The notes: generated by a model not told the origin, from the letters alone. Counted from the stretch's first letter, positions 16,549-25,444 are shown. The stretch is 32,000 nt of DNA from Rhodobacter capsulatus SB 1003 (GCF_000021865.1 NC_014034.1:1620001-1652000), one strand, 5' to 3'. A program made the numbers and translations.

Positions 16549-16565
16549 CCATCCTTTCGGATAGT
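16549..16565. promoter_or_regulatory. Second copy of the CTATCC-GAAA-GGAT dyad (one mismatch in one arm)
   Basis: The plus strand reads CCATCC-TTTC-GGATAG. Its reverse complement contains CTATCCGAAAGGAT, identical to 15297-15310. It lies between the 83-aa ORF and ivd. Confidence 0.35.
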
Positions 16566-16597
16566 CGCCCCGCGCCGTGACGTTGCGGCACCTCGGC

Positions 16598-16640
16598 TTG
16601 ACGGAATCGCCCGATGCGGGAATAAATGAACAATCGTTCA
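16598..16640 (+). promoter_or_regulatory. Candidate sigma70-type promoter of the liu operon (TTGACG-17 nt-AATAAA) followed by the dyad TGAAC-AATC-GTTCA
   Basis: TTGACG is at 16598-16603 and AATAAA at 16621-16626, the only AT-rich patch upstream of ivd. A 5-4-5 inverted repeat at 16627-16640 overlaps the expected transcription start and sits just before the GGAGG RBS. Confidence 0.3.
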
Positions 16641-16658
16641 ATAACCGGGGAGGGGAAG

Positions 16659-17819
16659 ATGGTCGCGGGCTCGATGCGGTTCGATCTGGGGGAGGACATC
16701 GCTGCGCTGCGCGACATGGTGCAGGCCTGGGCGCGGGACCGGCTGGCGCCGATGGCGGCGGCGGTCGACCGCGACAACCTGTTCCCGAACGAGTTGTGGG
16801 CCGAGATGGGGGCGCTTGGCCTTTTGGGCATCACCGTGCCCGAGGAATACGGCGGCGCGGGGATGGGCTATCTGGCCCATGTGGTGGCGACCGAGGAGAT
16901 CGCCCGGGTTTCGGCCTCGATTTCGCTCTCCTACGGGGCGCATTCGAACCTTTGCGTCAACCAGCTGAAGCTGAACGGCACGGCGGAACAGAAACGCAAA
17001 TACCTGCCCGATCTGGTCTCTGGGGCCAGGATCGGCGCTTTGGCGATGAGTGAATCGGGGGCGGGCTCCGATGTCGTCGGCATGAAGCTGCGGGCGGAAC
17101 GGCGCGGCGACGTTTACGTGCTCAACGGGCACAAATACTGGATCACCAATGGCTGCGATGCCGATACTTTGGTGGTCTATGCGAAAACCGATCCGGCCGC
17201 GGGCTCAAAGGGCATCACCGCCTTCATCGTCGAGCGGGGGATGAAGGGGTTTTCGAGCTCGGCGCATTTCGACAAGCTCGGCATGCGCGGCTCGAACACG
17301 GCGCAGCTGTTCTTTGACGATTGCGAGGTGCCCGCGGAAAACGTGCTGGGCCTTGAGGGCAAGGGCGTGCGGGTGCTGATGTCGGGGCTCGATTACGAAC
17401 GCGTGGTGCTTTCTGGGATCGGGACCGGCATCCTGATGGCCTGTCTGGACGAGGTCTTGCCCTATGCCCGGACGCGCGAGCAGTTCGGCCAGCCGATCGG
17501 GAGCTTCCAGCTGATGCAGGCGAAGATCGCCGACATGTATGTCGCGGCGAATACCGCGCGCGCCTATACCTACGAGGTGGCCAAGGCCTGCGATCGCGGC
17601 GAGGTCACGCGTCAGGATGCCGCCGCGACGGTGCTTTATGCCTCGGAACAGGCGATGGTGCAGGCGCATCAGGCGGTTCAGGCGCTGGGCGGGGCCGGTT
17701 TCCTCAATGACTCGACCGTGTCGCGGCTCTTCCGCGATGCCAAGCTGATGGAAATCGGCGCTGGCACCAGCGAAATCCGGCGTATGCTGATCGGACGTGA
17801 ACTGATGGAGAAATCATGA
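16659..17819 (+). CDS. ivd: Isovaleryl-CoA dehydrogenase (386 aa)
   Basis: Acyl-CoA dehydrogenase family, with the end ...[18 protein letters not shown]. Context with methylcrotonyl-CoA carboxylase, HMG-CoA lyase and a hydratase supports the call. The ATG at 16659 has GGAGG 5 nt upstream; the track start at 16626 lacks an RBS. Confidence 0.93.
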   Translation: MVAGSMRFDLGEDIAALRDMVQAWARDRLAPMAAAVDRDNLFPNELWAEMGALGLLGITVPEEYGGAGMGYLAHVVATEEIARVSASISLSYGAHSNLCVNQLKLNGTAEQKRKYLPDLVSGARIGALAMSESGAGSDVVGMKLRAERRGDVYVLNGHKYWITNGCDADTLVVYAKTDPAAGSKGITAFIVERGMKGFSSSAHFDKLGMRGSNTAQLFFDDCEVPAENVLGLEGKGVRVLMSGLDYERVVLSGIGTGILMACLDEVLPYARTREQFGQPIGSFQLMQAKIADMYVAANTARAYTYEVAKACDRGEVTRQDAAATVLYASEQAMVQAHQAVQALGGAGFLNDSTVSRLFRDAKLMEIGAGTSEIRRMLIGRELMEKS

Positions 17820-18319
17820 TGCGTTCCGAACCGATTGTCTTTGCCCTTGCTTTTGCCCTTTCCGCGCCGCTTGGTCTGGCGCCCCTTGGCGCGCGCGCGC
17901 AGGATCTGCCGCCCGCGGCCACGGCCGACATTCCCGAGGCGGTGAAAGAGTGTTTTGCCGATTACGACCCGCGCGCCGGGGGGCCAAGCTGCCTTGGTCA
18001 GGCCGCGCAGGGCTGCACCGCCGCCGCCACCGACACGACGCGTGACACCATCGCCTGCATCGAGGCCGAGACCGCCGCCTGGGACGGGCTTCTGAACGCC
18101 GAATACAAGGCCCGCCGGGCCGAGATGACCGCGCCGGGCCTGGCCGAGCGGTTGCAGAATGCCCAACGCGCCTGGATCGCCTATCGCGACGCCGAATGCG
18201 GGCTCGAGTCGGCGCGCTGGGGCGATGCCACACTTGCGGGCGTGGTCGGGGCGAATTGCCGGATGGAGATGACCGCCACCCGCGCGTCGGAACTGCGTGA
18301 CAAGAAGGCTGATCCATGA
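17816..18319 (+). CDS. Secreted DUF1311 / LprI-like protein (167 aa)
   Basis: Signal peptide [28 protein letters not shown]. The LLNAEYK...[16 protein letters not shown] pattern is typical of DUF1311. ATGA overlaps occur at both ends (17816-17819 and 18316-18319). Confidence 0.75.
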   Translation: MMRSEPIVFALAFALSAPLGLAPLGARAQDLPPAATADIPEAVKECFADYDPRAGGPSCLGQAAQGCTAAATDTTRDTIACIEAETAAWDGLLNAEYKARRAEMTAPGLAERLQNAQRAWIAYRDAECGLESARWGDATLAGVVGANCRMEMTATRASELRDKKADP

Positions 18320-19920
18320 AGCTGACCTCCTCTGTTCTGTCCGGTTCGGACAGCTTCCGCGCCAATCGCGCGGCGCATCTGGCGCTATTGGACACTGTGC
18401 GCGCGGCCGCCGCCCAGGCGGCCGCAGGCGGCGGGCTTGACGCCACGAAACGTCACACCGCCCGCGGCAAGATGGCGCCGCGGGAGCGGGTGGCGGCGCT
18501 TCTGGACCCCGGCAGCCCGTTTCTGGAAATCGGCGCCACCGCCGCGCATGGGATGTATCACGGCGCCGCCCCTTGCGCCGGGGTGATCGCGGGCATCGGG
18601 CGCGTGATGGGCCAGGAGGTCATGGTGGTGGCAAACGACGCCACCGTGAAGGGCGGCACCTATTACCCGATGACGGTGAAAAAGCACCTGCGCGCGCAGG
18701 AGATCGCCGAGGATTGCGCGCTGCCCTGCGTCTATCTGGTGGACAGTGGCGGCGCCAACCTGCCCAATCAGGACGAGGTCTTCCCCGACCGCGATCATTT
18801 CGGCCGCATCTTCTACAATCAGGCGCGGATGTCGGCCAAGGGCATTCCGCAGATCGCGGTGGTGATGGGGTCCTGCACCGCGGGCGGCGCCTATGTGCCC
18901 GCGATGTCGGATGTGACGATCATCGTCAAGGATCAGGGCACGATCTTTCTGGCGGGTCCGCCCTTGGTGAAGGCGGCCACCGGAGAGGTCGTCTCGGCCG
19001 AGGATCTGGGCGGCGGCGACGTGCACACCCGGCTTTCCGGCGTGGCCGATTATCTGGCCGAGGATGACGCCCATGCCCTGGCGCTGGCCCGCCGTGCCGT
19101 GAGCCACCTCAACCGCGCCAAGCCCGCGACGGTGCAGTGGCAGGCGCCCGAAGACCCGGCTTACGACCCCGAAGAGATCCTCGGCATCGTCCCCGCCGAC
19201 CTGCGCACGCCTTACGACATCCGCGAGGTGATCGCCCGGGTGGTCGACGGCTCGCGGTTTGACGAATTCAAGCCGCGCTTCGGCGAAACCATCGTCACCG
19301 GTTTCGCCCATGTGCAGGGCTGCCCCGTCGGCCTCATCGCCAACAACGGGGTGATCTTCTCGGAGGCCGCGCAAAAGGCCGCGCATTTCGTCGAGCTTTG
19401 CTCGATGCGCAACATCCCCTTGGTTTTCCTGCAAAATGTGACCGGCTTCATGGTCGGGCGCAAATATGAAAACGAGGGCATCGCCCGGCATGGGGCGAAG
19501 ATGGTGACGGCCGTCGCCACGACGAACGTGCCGAAGATCACGCTGCTGGTGGGCGGCTCGTTCGGGGCGGGCAATTACGGCATGGCGGGCCGGGCCTATT
19601 CGCCCCGGTTCCTGTGGACCTGGCCCAACTCCCGCATCTCGGTGATGGGCGGCGAACAGGCGGCGGGGGTGCTTGCCACGGTCAAGCGCGAGGGGATCGA
19701 GCGCAAGGGCGCCACCTGGTCGCCCGAGGAAGAGGCCGAATTCAAACGCCCCACGCTCGAGATGTTCGAACGCCAAAGCCAGCCGCTCTACGCCTCGGCG
19801 CGGCTTTGGGACGACGGCATCATCGATCCGCGCAAGACCCGCGAGGTGCTGGCGCTCAGCCTCTCCGCCAGCCTCTGCGCGCCGATTGAGCCCACCCGCT
19901 TCGGGATCTTCCGGATGTGA
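18316..19920 (+). CDS. mccB: 3-methylcrotonyl-CoA carboxylase, carboxyltransferase (beta) subunit, 534 aa
   Basis: Carboxyl transferase family (two crotonase-like halves, [20 protein letters not shown]). The position next to ivd and the biotin carboxylase subunit supports the call. Confidence 0.95.
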   Translation: MKLTSSVLSGSDSFRANRAAHLALLDTVRAAAAQAAAGGGLDATKRHTARGKMAPRERVAALLDPGSPFLEIGATAAHGMYHGAAPCAGVIAGIGRVMGQEVMVVANDATVKGGTYYPMTVKKHLRAQEIAEDCALPCVYLVDSGGANLPNQDEVFPDRDHFGRIFYNQARMSAKGIPQIAVVMGSCTAGGAYVPAMSDVTIIVKDQGTIFLAGPPLVKAATGEVVSAEDLGGGDVHTRLSGVADYLAEDDAHALALARRAVSHLNRAKPATVQWQAPEDPAYDPEEILGIVPADLRTPYDIREVIARVVDGSRFDEFKPRFGETIVTGFAHVQGCPVGLIANNGVIFSEAAQKAAHFVELCSMRNIPLVFLQNVTGFMVGRKYENEGIARHGAKMVTAVATTNVPKITLLVGGSFGAGNYGMAGRAYSPRFLWTWPNSRISVMGGEQAAGVLATVKREGIERKGATWSPEEEAEFKRPTLEMFERQSQPLYASARLWDDGIIDPRKTREVLALSLSASLCAPIEPTRFGIFRM

Positions 19921-19938
19921 CTTTCGATGCCTCCGGCG

Positions 19939-19992
19939 GGGATATTTGGGGCAAGATGAAACCCATCCCTTTCATCTTGCCCCAAATATCCC
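19939..19992. repeat. REP/MITE-like palindromic element: 23-bp perfect stem with an 8-nt loop
   Basis: GGGATATTTGGGGCAAGATGAAA (19939-19961), loop CCCATCCC, TTTCATCTTGCCCCAAATATCCC (19970-19992). It is markedly more AT-rich than its surroundings. A second GC hairpin, GGGGGGC...GCCCCCC (19993-20014), follows immediately. Confidence 0.8.
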
Positions 19993-20064
19993 GGGGGGCC
20001 CGGGGGCGCCCCCCGCCACTTCCGCCACGGGGCAGCGCCCCGGCCGTTGACGAAGGAGACCGCG

Positions 20065-21987
20065 ATGTTTCAAAAGATCCTGATCGCCAACAGGGCCGAG
20101 ATCGCCTGTCGGGTGATCGACACCGCCCGCCGTCTGGGCGTCGCCACGGTCGCGGTCTATTCCGATGCCGATGCGGGGGCGCGGCACGTCGCGATGGCCG
20201 ATCAGGCCGTGCATATCGGCGGCCCGCGCCCGGCCGACAGCTACCTGCGCGGCGATGCGATCATCGCGGCCGCGCTCTCCACGGGGGCGCAGGCAATCCA
20301 TCCGGGCTACGGCTTTCTGTCCGAAAACCCCGATTTCGTCGATGCCGTTCAGGCGGCGGGATTGGTCTTCATCGGTCCTTCGGGCGATGCGATCCGGGCG
20401 ATGGGGCTCAAGGATGCGGCGAAGGCGCTGATGGCGCGGGCGGGCGTGCCCGTCGTGCCGGGCTATCACGGCGACAATCAGGACCCGGAGCATCTGGCGG
20501 GCGCGGCCGAGGCGCTGGGGTATCCCGTTCTGATCAAGGCGGTGGCGGGCGGCGGCGGCAAGGGCATGCGCCGGGTGGACCGCGCCGCAGATTTCGCGGC
20601 GGCGCTCTCCGGCGCGCAGGGCGAGGCGCAGACGGCCTTTGGCAACCCTTCCGTCCTGATCGAAAAATACGTCGAAAAGCCCCGCCATATCGAGGTACAG
20701 ATCTTTGGTGACGGCACCCGCGCCGTGCATCTTTTTGAGCGCGACTGTTCGCTGCAACGCCGCCATCAGAAGGTGATCGAGGAAGCCCCGGCGCCCGGCA
20801 TGACCGAGGAGATGCGCGCCGCCATGGGCCAGGCCGCCGTCCGCGCCGCCGAGGCGATCGGCTACAGCGGCGCGGGCACGGTCGAATTCATCACCGATGC
20901 CTCGGACGGGCTGCGGCCCGACCGGTTCTGGTTCATGGAGATGAACACCCGCCTGCAGGTCGAACATCCGGTGACCGAGGCGATCACCGGCGTCGATCTG
21001 GTGGAATGGCAGCTGCGCGTCGCCTCGGGCGAGCCCTTGCCCGCCCGGCAGGAGGATCTGCAGATCAGCGGCCATGCGTTTGAAGCGCGCCTTTATGCCG
21101 AGGATGTGCCCGCAGGCTTCCTGCCCGCCACCGGCACGCTGAAGCATCTGCGCTTTCCGCCCGGGCTGCGCGTGGAAACCGGGGTGCGGCCCGGGGACAC
21201 GATCAGCCCCTGGTATGATCCGATGATCGCCAAGGTGATCAGCCACGGCCCGACGCGCGCCGCGGCGCTGAATGCGCTGGCGCGCGGGCTGACGGGAACG
21301 CAGGTGGCGGGCACGGTGACGAACCTTGGCTTTCTGGCCCGTGTTGCCCGCCATCCGGGTTTTGGCGCGGGCGATGTCGACACCGGGCTGATCGCCCGCG
21401 ATCTGCAGGTGCTGACCGACCCGCAGCCGGTGCCGCCCGCCGCGCGCGCGCTGGCCGTGATCGCCGCCGCCGGGCTGCACGAGGCCACCGGCACCGGCTT
21501 CAGCCTTTGGGCGCCCCTGCGCCGCCCGGTGCCCTTCGAGGAGCCCGCGCAGCTGCAGGTCACCGGCCCGAACCGGATCACCGTCGAGATCGGCGGGCAG
21601 ATGCACGATTGCGCGCGGCACCCGGACGGCTGGTGGGTCGATGGCGCCAAGACCGGGGCGCAGATCCATGTTGCCGCCGACGAGATCACCGTCTTTTTGC
21701 AGGGCGCGCATCGCTTTGCCCGCCCCGATCCGCTGGCCCGCGAAAGCCGCGGCTCCGCCTCGGGCCTCACGCTTGCGCCGATGCCCGGTCTGGTGAAAGC
21801 TGTCTTCGTCGCGCCCGGGGCGCAGGTGGCGGCGGGCGACCGGCTGGCCGTGCTGGAAGCGATGAAGATGGAACATACGCTTTGCGCGGCGCGGGCGGGC
21901 CTTGTGGCCGAGGTGCTGGCGGGCGCGGGCGATCAGGTGGAGGCCGGGGCGGCGCTGATCCGTCTGGCCGAGGAGGAAGCGGCATGA
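20065..21987 (+). CDS. mccA: 3-methylcrotonyl-CoA carboxylase, biotin carboxylase/BCCP (alpha) subunit, 640 aa
   Basis: MFQKILIANRAEIACRVI is a biotin carboxylase N-terminus. An ATP-grasp region is present, and the C-terminal biotinyl motif is LEAMKMEH. The ATG at 20065 has GAAGGAGA 5 nt upstream. Confidence 0.95.
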   Translation: MFQKILIANRAEIACRVIDTARRLGVATVAVYSDADAGARHVAMADQAVHIGGPRPADSYLRGDAIIAAALSTGAQAIHPGYGFLSENPDFVDAVQAAGLVFIGPSGDAIRAMGLKDAAKALMARAGVPVVPGYHGDNQDPEHLAGAAEALGYPVLIKAVAGGGGKGMRRVDRAADFAAALSGAQGEAQTAFGNPSVLIEKYVEKPRHIEVQIFGDGTRAVHLFERDCSLQRRHQKVIEEAPAPGMTEEMRAAMGQAAVRAAEAIGYSGAGTVEFITDASDGLRPDRFWFMEMNTRLQVEHPVTEAITGVDLVEWQLRVASGEPLPARQEDLQISGHAFEARLYAEDVPAGFLPATGTLKHLRFPPGLRVETGVRPGDTISPWYDPMIAKVISHGPTRAAALNALARGLTGTQVAGTVTNLGFLARVARHPGFGAGDVDTGLIARDLQVLTDPQPVPPAARALAVIAAAGLHEATGTGFSLWAPLRRPVPFEEPAQLQVTGPNRITVEIGGQMHDCARHPDGWWVDGAKTGAQIHVAADEITVFLQGAHRFARPDPLARESRGSASGLTLAPMPGLVKAVFVAPGAQVAAGDRLAVLEAMKMEHTLCAARAGLVAEVLAGAGDQVEAGAALIRLAEEEAA

Positions 21988-22631
21988 CGATTCTGCATCA
22001 CATCCCGGGCTCGCGTTCGCATCGGGTGCTGTGGCTTTTGGAAGAGCTGGGCGAGGAGGCCGAGATCCGGGTCTGGTCGCTGACCGACGGCAGCCTGCGC
22101 AGCCCCGAATTCCGGGCGCTCTCCCCGGCGGGCCGGGTGCCCGCGCTGGAGATCGACGGAAGGGTGATCTTTGAATCCGGCGCCATCACGCAATATCTGA
22201 CCGAGACCCGCGGGCGGCTGGCGCCGATGCCGGGCGACCCCGAGCGCGGCGCCTTCCTCGAATGGGTGCATTTCGCCGAAACCCAGGGCAACATCCTGCA
22301 GGCGCTGAACATTCATCACATCTTCCTGCGTCCCGAAAGCGCCCGCTCGCTGCCCTTGATGCGGCTCGACACGAAGCGGCTCGAAATCACCCTGCATGCG
22401 CTTGAGGCCCGGCTGAGCGGGCGGGACTGGATCCTGGGGCCGTTCTCGGCCGCCGATTGCATGTTCGGCTTCAACATGGATGCGATGTTCCGCTTCGTCG
22501 CGCGCGCGCGCTTCCCCGCCATCGCCGACTGGATCGCCCGGGCGCAGGCCCGGCCCGCGCATCAGCGCGCCGTCGAACGCGGGGGGGCCACGATCTATGC
22601 CCGCGATTTCTACGAGCTGCCCGATGGCTGA
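21984..22631 (+). CDS. Glutathione S-transferase family protein (215 aa)
   Basis: The ATG at 21984 overlaps the mccA stop (ATGA). The N-terminal thioredoxin-like GST pattern is SRSHRVLWLLEELG...GRVPALEIDGRVIFESGAITQYL. Confidence 0.85.
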   Translation: MTILHHIPGSRSHRVLWLLEELGEEAEIRVWSLTDGSLRSPEFRALSPAGRVPALEIDGRVIFESGAITQYLTETRGRLAPMPGDPERGAFLEWVHFAETQGNILQALNIHHIFLRPESARSLPLMRLDTKRLEITLHALEARLSGRDWILGPFSAADCMFGFNMDAMFRFVARARFPAIADWIARAQARPAHQRAVERGGATIYARDFYELPDG

Positions 22632-23487
22632 GCGCGTCGAGATCGTCGAGATGGCGCCGCGCGACGGGCTGCAGAACGAGGCCGGTTTCATCGCCACCCC
22701 CGCCAAGATCGCGCTGGTCGATGCGCTTTCGCAGGTGGGCTTTCCGCGCATCGAGGTGGCCTCTTTCGTCAGCCCGAAATGGGTGCCGCAGATGGCCGAT
22801 GGCGCCGCCGTGCTGGCGGGGATCGCGCGGCGTCCGGGCACGCGCTATGCGGCGCTGACGCCCAATCTGCAGGGCTTTCAGGCGGCACTCGCGGCGGGGG
22901 TGGACGAGGTGGCGATCTTCGCCTCGGCCTCCGAGGGGTTTTCGCGCGCCAATCTGAATTGCACCATCGCCGAAAGTCTGGCCCGCTTCGCCCCGGTGCT
23001 GCAGGCGGCGCAGGCCGGGCTGGTGCCGGTGCGGGGCTATGTCTCGATGGTCACCGATTGCCCCTTTGACGGGCCGATTGCGCCCGCGCAGGTGGCGCGG
23101 GTGGTGGCGGCCTTGCGCGATCTGGGCTGCTACGAGGTCAGTCTGGGCGACACGGTCGGGCAGGGGGACCCCGAGCGGGTGACGGCGATGCTGCGCGCGG
23201 TCCTGAACGAGATGCCGCCCGAGCGGCTGGCCGGGCATTTTCACGACACCGCCGGGCGGGCGCTGGAGAATGTCGAAGCCGGTCTGGCGCTGGGCCTGCG
23301 GGTTTTCGACGCCGCGGCGGGGGGCTTGGGCGGCTGTCCCTATGCGCCCGGGGCGGCGGGGAATGTGGCGACGGAAAAGCTCGCCGCGCGGCTGATGGCG
23401 CTGGGCTATGACACCGGGCTGGACCCGGCGGCGCTGGCGCGGGCGGCGGCGCGCGCGCGCAGGATGAAGGGGGGACAGGATGTTTGA
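22624..23487 (+). CDS. hmgL: Hydroxymethylglutaryl-CoA lyase (287 aa)
   Basis: VEIVEMAPRDGLQNE and HFHDTAGRALENV are HMGL-like motifs. The ATG at 22624 overlaps the GST stop (ATGGCTGA). Confidence 0.93.
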   Translation: MAERVEIVEMAPRDGLQNEAGFIATPAKIALVDALSQVGFPRIEVASFVSPKWVPQMADGAAVLAGIARRPGTRYAALTPNLQGFQAALAAGVDEVAIFASASEGFSRANLNCTIAESLARFAPVLQAAQAGLVPVRGYVSMVTDCPFDGPIAPAQVARVVAALRDLGCYEVSLGDTVGQGDPERVTAMLRAVLNEMPPERLAGHFHDTAGRALENVEAGLALGLRVFDAAAGGLGGCPYAPGAAGNVATEKLAARLMALGYDTGLDPAALARAAARARRMKGGQDV

Positions 23488-24265
23488 GACGATCCGGATC
23501 GAGACCGATCCCCGCGGCGTGGCGTGGCTGTGGCTGGCGCGCGCGGCCAAGCACAATGCGCTGGATGCGCCGATGATTGCCGAACTCACCCGCGCCATCA
23601 GGGACTTGGGCGCCGATCCCGCGGTGCGGGTGGTCGTGCTGGCGGCCGAGGGGGCAAGCTTTTGCGCGGGCGGCGATCTGCGCTGGATGCAGGCCAATAT
23701 CACCGCCTCGCCCGAGGACCGCGCGGCCAGTGCCCGGACCTTGGCCGCGATGCTGGCCGCGCTGAACGACTGCCCGAAGCCCGTCATCGGGCGCATCCAC
23801 GGCAATGCCTTTGGCGGCGGCATCGGCATGATCTCGGTCTGCGATGTCGCGCTTGCCGTGCCCGAGGCGCGGTTCGGCCTGACCGAGACGAAGCTTGGCC
23901 TGACGCCTGCCACCATTTCCCCCTATGTCATCGCCCGGATGAGCCCGGCCAAGGCGCGGGCGGTCTTCATGTCCTCGCGGCTGTTTTCGGCGCAAGAAGC
24001 GGTGGGGCTGAACCTGCTTTCCCGGGTGGTTCCGGCGCCCGATCTCGATGCCGCGATCGCGGCCGAGGTCGCCCCCTATCTGGCCTGCGCACCGGGCGCC
24101 GTGGCCGAGGCGAAGGCGCTGGTGCGCAGCCTGACGCCGGGGCTCGACTCGGCCGCACAGGAGCGCACGATCGCCGCCCTAGTTGCCCGGTGGGAAAGCG
24201 CCGAGGCGCAGGAGGGTCTGGCGGCCTTCTTTGAGCGGCGGGCGCCTCACTGGCTTGTGAACTGA
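23480..24265 (+). CDS. Enoyl-CoA hydratase family, probable methylglutaconyl-CoA hydratase (261 aa)
   Basis: Crotonase fold motifs are FCAGGDL and [10 protein letters not shown]. It overlaps the lyase gene by 8 nt. The function is inferred from liu operon context. Confidence 0.85.
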   Translation: MFETIRIETDPRGVAWLWLARAAKHNALDAPMIAELTRAIRDLGADPAVRVVVLAAEGASFCAGGDLRWMQANITASPEDRAASARTLAAMLAALNDCPKPVIGRIHGNAFGGGIGMISVCDVALAVPEARFGLTETKLGLTPATISPYVIARMSPAKARAVFMSSRLFSAQEAVGLNLLSRVVPAPDLDAAIAAEVAPYLACAPGAVAEAKALVRSLTPGLDSAAQERTIAALVARWESAEAQEGLAAFFERRAPHWLVN

Positions 24266-24336
24266 CAGATTCGCAATATTATTTCGCGCATTGGCCGATT
24301 CGGCCCGGCTCTTGCCCCCGGTTCGGGGCGAGACAT

Positions 24337-24355
24337 GTTGCCGCATTGCGGCAAC
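24337..24355. promoter_or_regulatory. Perfect 9-1-9 palindrome GTTGCCGCA-T-TGCGGCAAC upstream of nuoA
   Basis: Read directly from the sequence. It lies about 175 nt upstream of the nuoA start, in the 263-nt intergenic region. Confidence 0.3.
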
Positions 24356-24528
24356 GCCTTGTCGCAGCGGCGAAACGTCTCAAATCCGGTGTGCATCGGT
24401 ATACAAAATGCGCGTCAAGCCCAGAATCCGGGCGTCGCGATGTTGACCGGAGGGGGGGAGAGGGCTATTCCATCCCTTGCCGCCTCCGCGCACGGGAAGG
24501 TGCAACCGGGGGCAAAAGGGGTCAAAAG

Positions 24529-24909
24529 ATGCAAGACGCGCTCACGCATGGAATGTTGCGGGAATATCTTCCCATACTCGTCCTTCTGGCCATGGCGATC
24601 GGGCTTGCACTGATCCTGATACCCCCCGCCGCGATCATCGCCTATCGCAATCCCGACCCGGAAAAGGTGTCCGCCTATGAATGCGGCTTCAACGCCTTTG
24701 ACGACGCGCGAATGAAGTTCGACGTGCGCTTTTATCTGGTGTCGATCCTGTTCATCATCTCCGATCTGGAAGTGGCGTTCCTGTTCCCCTGGGCGGTGGC
24801 CTTTGGCGACATGTCGATGACCGCCTTCTGGTCGATGATGGTGTTCCTCTCGGTGCTGACCGTCGGCTTTGCCTATGAATGGAAGAAGGGGGCGCTGGAA
24901 TGGGCGTGA
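24529..24909 (+). CDS. nuoA: NADH-quinone oxidoreductase subunit A (126 aa)
   Basis: YECGF...D.R..F.VRFYLV.ILF.I.D.E..FLFPW is the NuoA/ND3 signature. The ATG at 24529 has AAGGGG upstream; an alternative start is at 24553 (MLREYLP). Confidence 0.9.
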   Translation: MQDALTHGMLREYLPILVLLAMAIGLALILIPPAAIIAYRNPDPEKVSAYECGFNAFDDARMKFDVRFYLVSILFIISDLEVAFLFPWAVAFGDMSMTAFWSMMVFLSVLTVGFAYEWKKGALEWA

Positions 24910-25433
24910 TGACCGGCTCCAACACCGCCGCCGTCGACATGGACGTGGCTGCCGCGGCGCTCAACCGCGACCTTCAGGACAAGGGCTTCCTGCTGACCAC
25001 CGCGGAAGACATCATCAACTGGGCGCGCAACGGCTCGCTGCACTGGATGACCTTCGGTCTGGCCTGCTGCGCGGTCGAGATGATGCACACCGCGATGCCG
25101 CGCTATGACGTCGAACGCTACGGCTTCGCGCCCCGCGCCTCGCCGCGTCAGTCGGACGTGATGATCGTCGCGGGCACGCTGACCAACAAGATGGCGCCCG
25201 CGCTGCGCAAGGTCTACGACCAGATGCCGGAACCGCGCTACGTGATCTCGATGGGCAGCTGCGCCAATGGCGGCGGCTATTATCACTACAGCTATTCGGT
25301 CGTGCGCGGCTGCGACCGCATCGTGCCGGTCGATATTTACGTGCCCGGCTGTCCGCCCTCGGCAGAGGCGCTGATGTATGGTATCTTGCAACTGCAGCGC
25401 AAGATCCGCCGCACCGGGACCCTGGTGCGCTGA
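24900..25433 (+). CDS. nuoB: NADH-quinone oxidoreductase subunit B (177 aa)
   Basis: The N2 cluster ligand motifs are [20 protein letters not shown] and CPP. The ATG at 24900 (AAGGGGG 8 nt upstream) overlaps nuoA; an alternative ATG is at 24909. Confidence 0.93.
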   Translation: MGVMTGSNTAAVDMDVAAAALNRDLQDKGFLLTTAEDIINWARNGSLHWMTFGLACCAVEMMHTAMPRYDVERYGFAPRASPRQSDVMIVAGTLTNKMAPALRKVYDQMPEPRYVISMGSCANGGGYYHYSYSVVRGCDRIVPVDIYVPGCPPSAEALMYGILQLQRKIRRTGTLVR

Positions 25434-25444
25434 GGAGGATGAGC

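Noticed and set aside
8712-22631. The identical 8-nt overlap junction ATGGCTGA at 8712-8719 and 22624-22631
   Set aside because: It is just Met-Ala-Glu read over a TGA stop. Two occurrences of such a short string are not evidence of a shared element.
24293-24305. Hairpin GGCCG-ATT-CGGCC as the liu operon terminator
   Set aside because: The stem is only 5 bp with a 3-nt loop and no following U-tract, so it is not convincing as an intrinsic terminator.
24337-24355. Interpreting the nuoA-upstream palindrome as a RegA/PrrA site
   Set aside because: It contains GCCGCA and TGCGGC half sites, but they face the opposite way and have different spacing from the GCGNC...GNCGC arrangement I recall. I therefore report only the palindrome, not a named regulator.
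24443-24471. TTGACC-17 nt-TATTCC as the nuo promoter
   Set aside because: The -10 matches TATAAT at only 3 of 6 positions and lacks the final T. This is too weak to call as a feature without transcription-start data; it is mentioned only inside a finding.
24335-24613. A 92-aa ORF starting within the nuoA upstream palindrome
   Set aside because: It overlaps nuoA out of frame, has a poor codon-position GC pattern and has no RBS.
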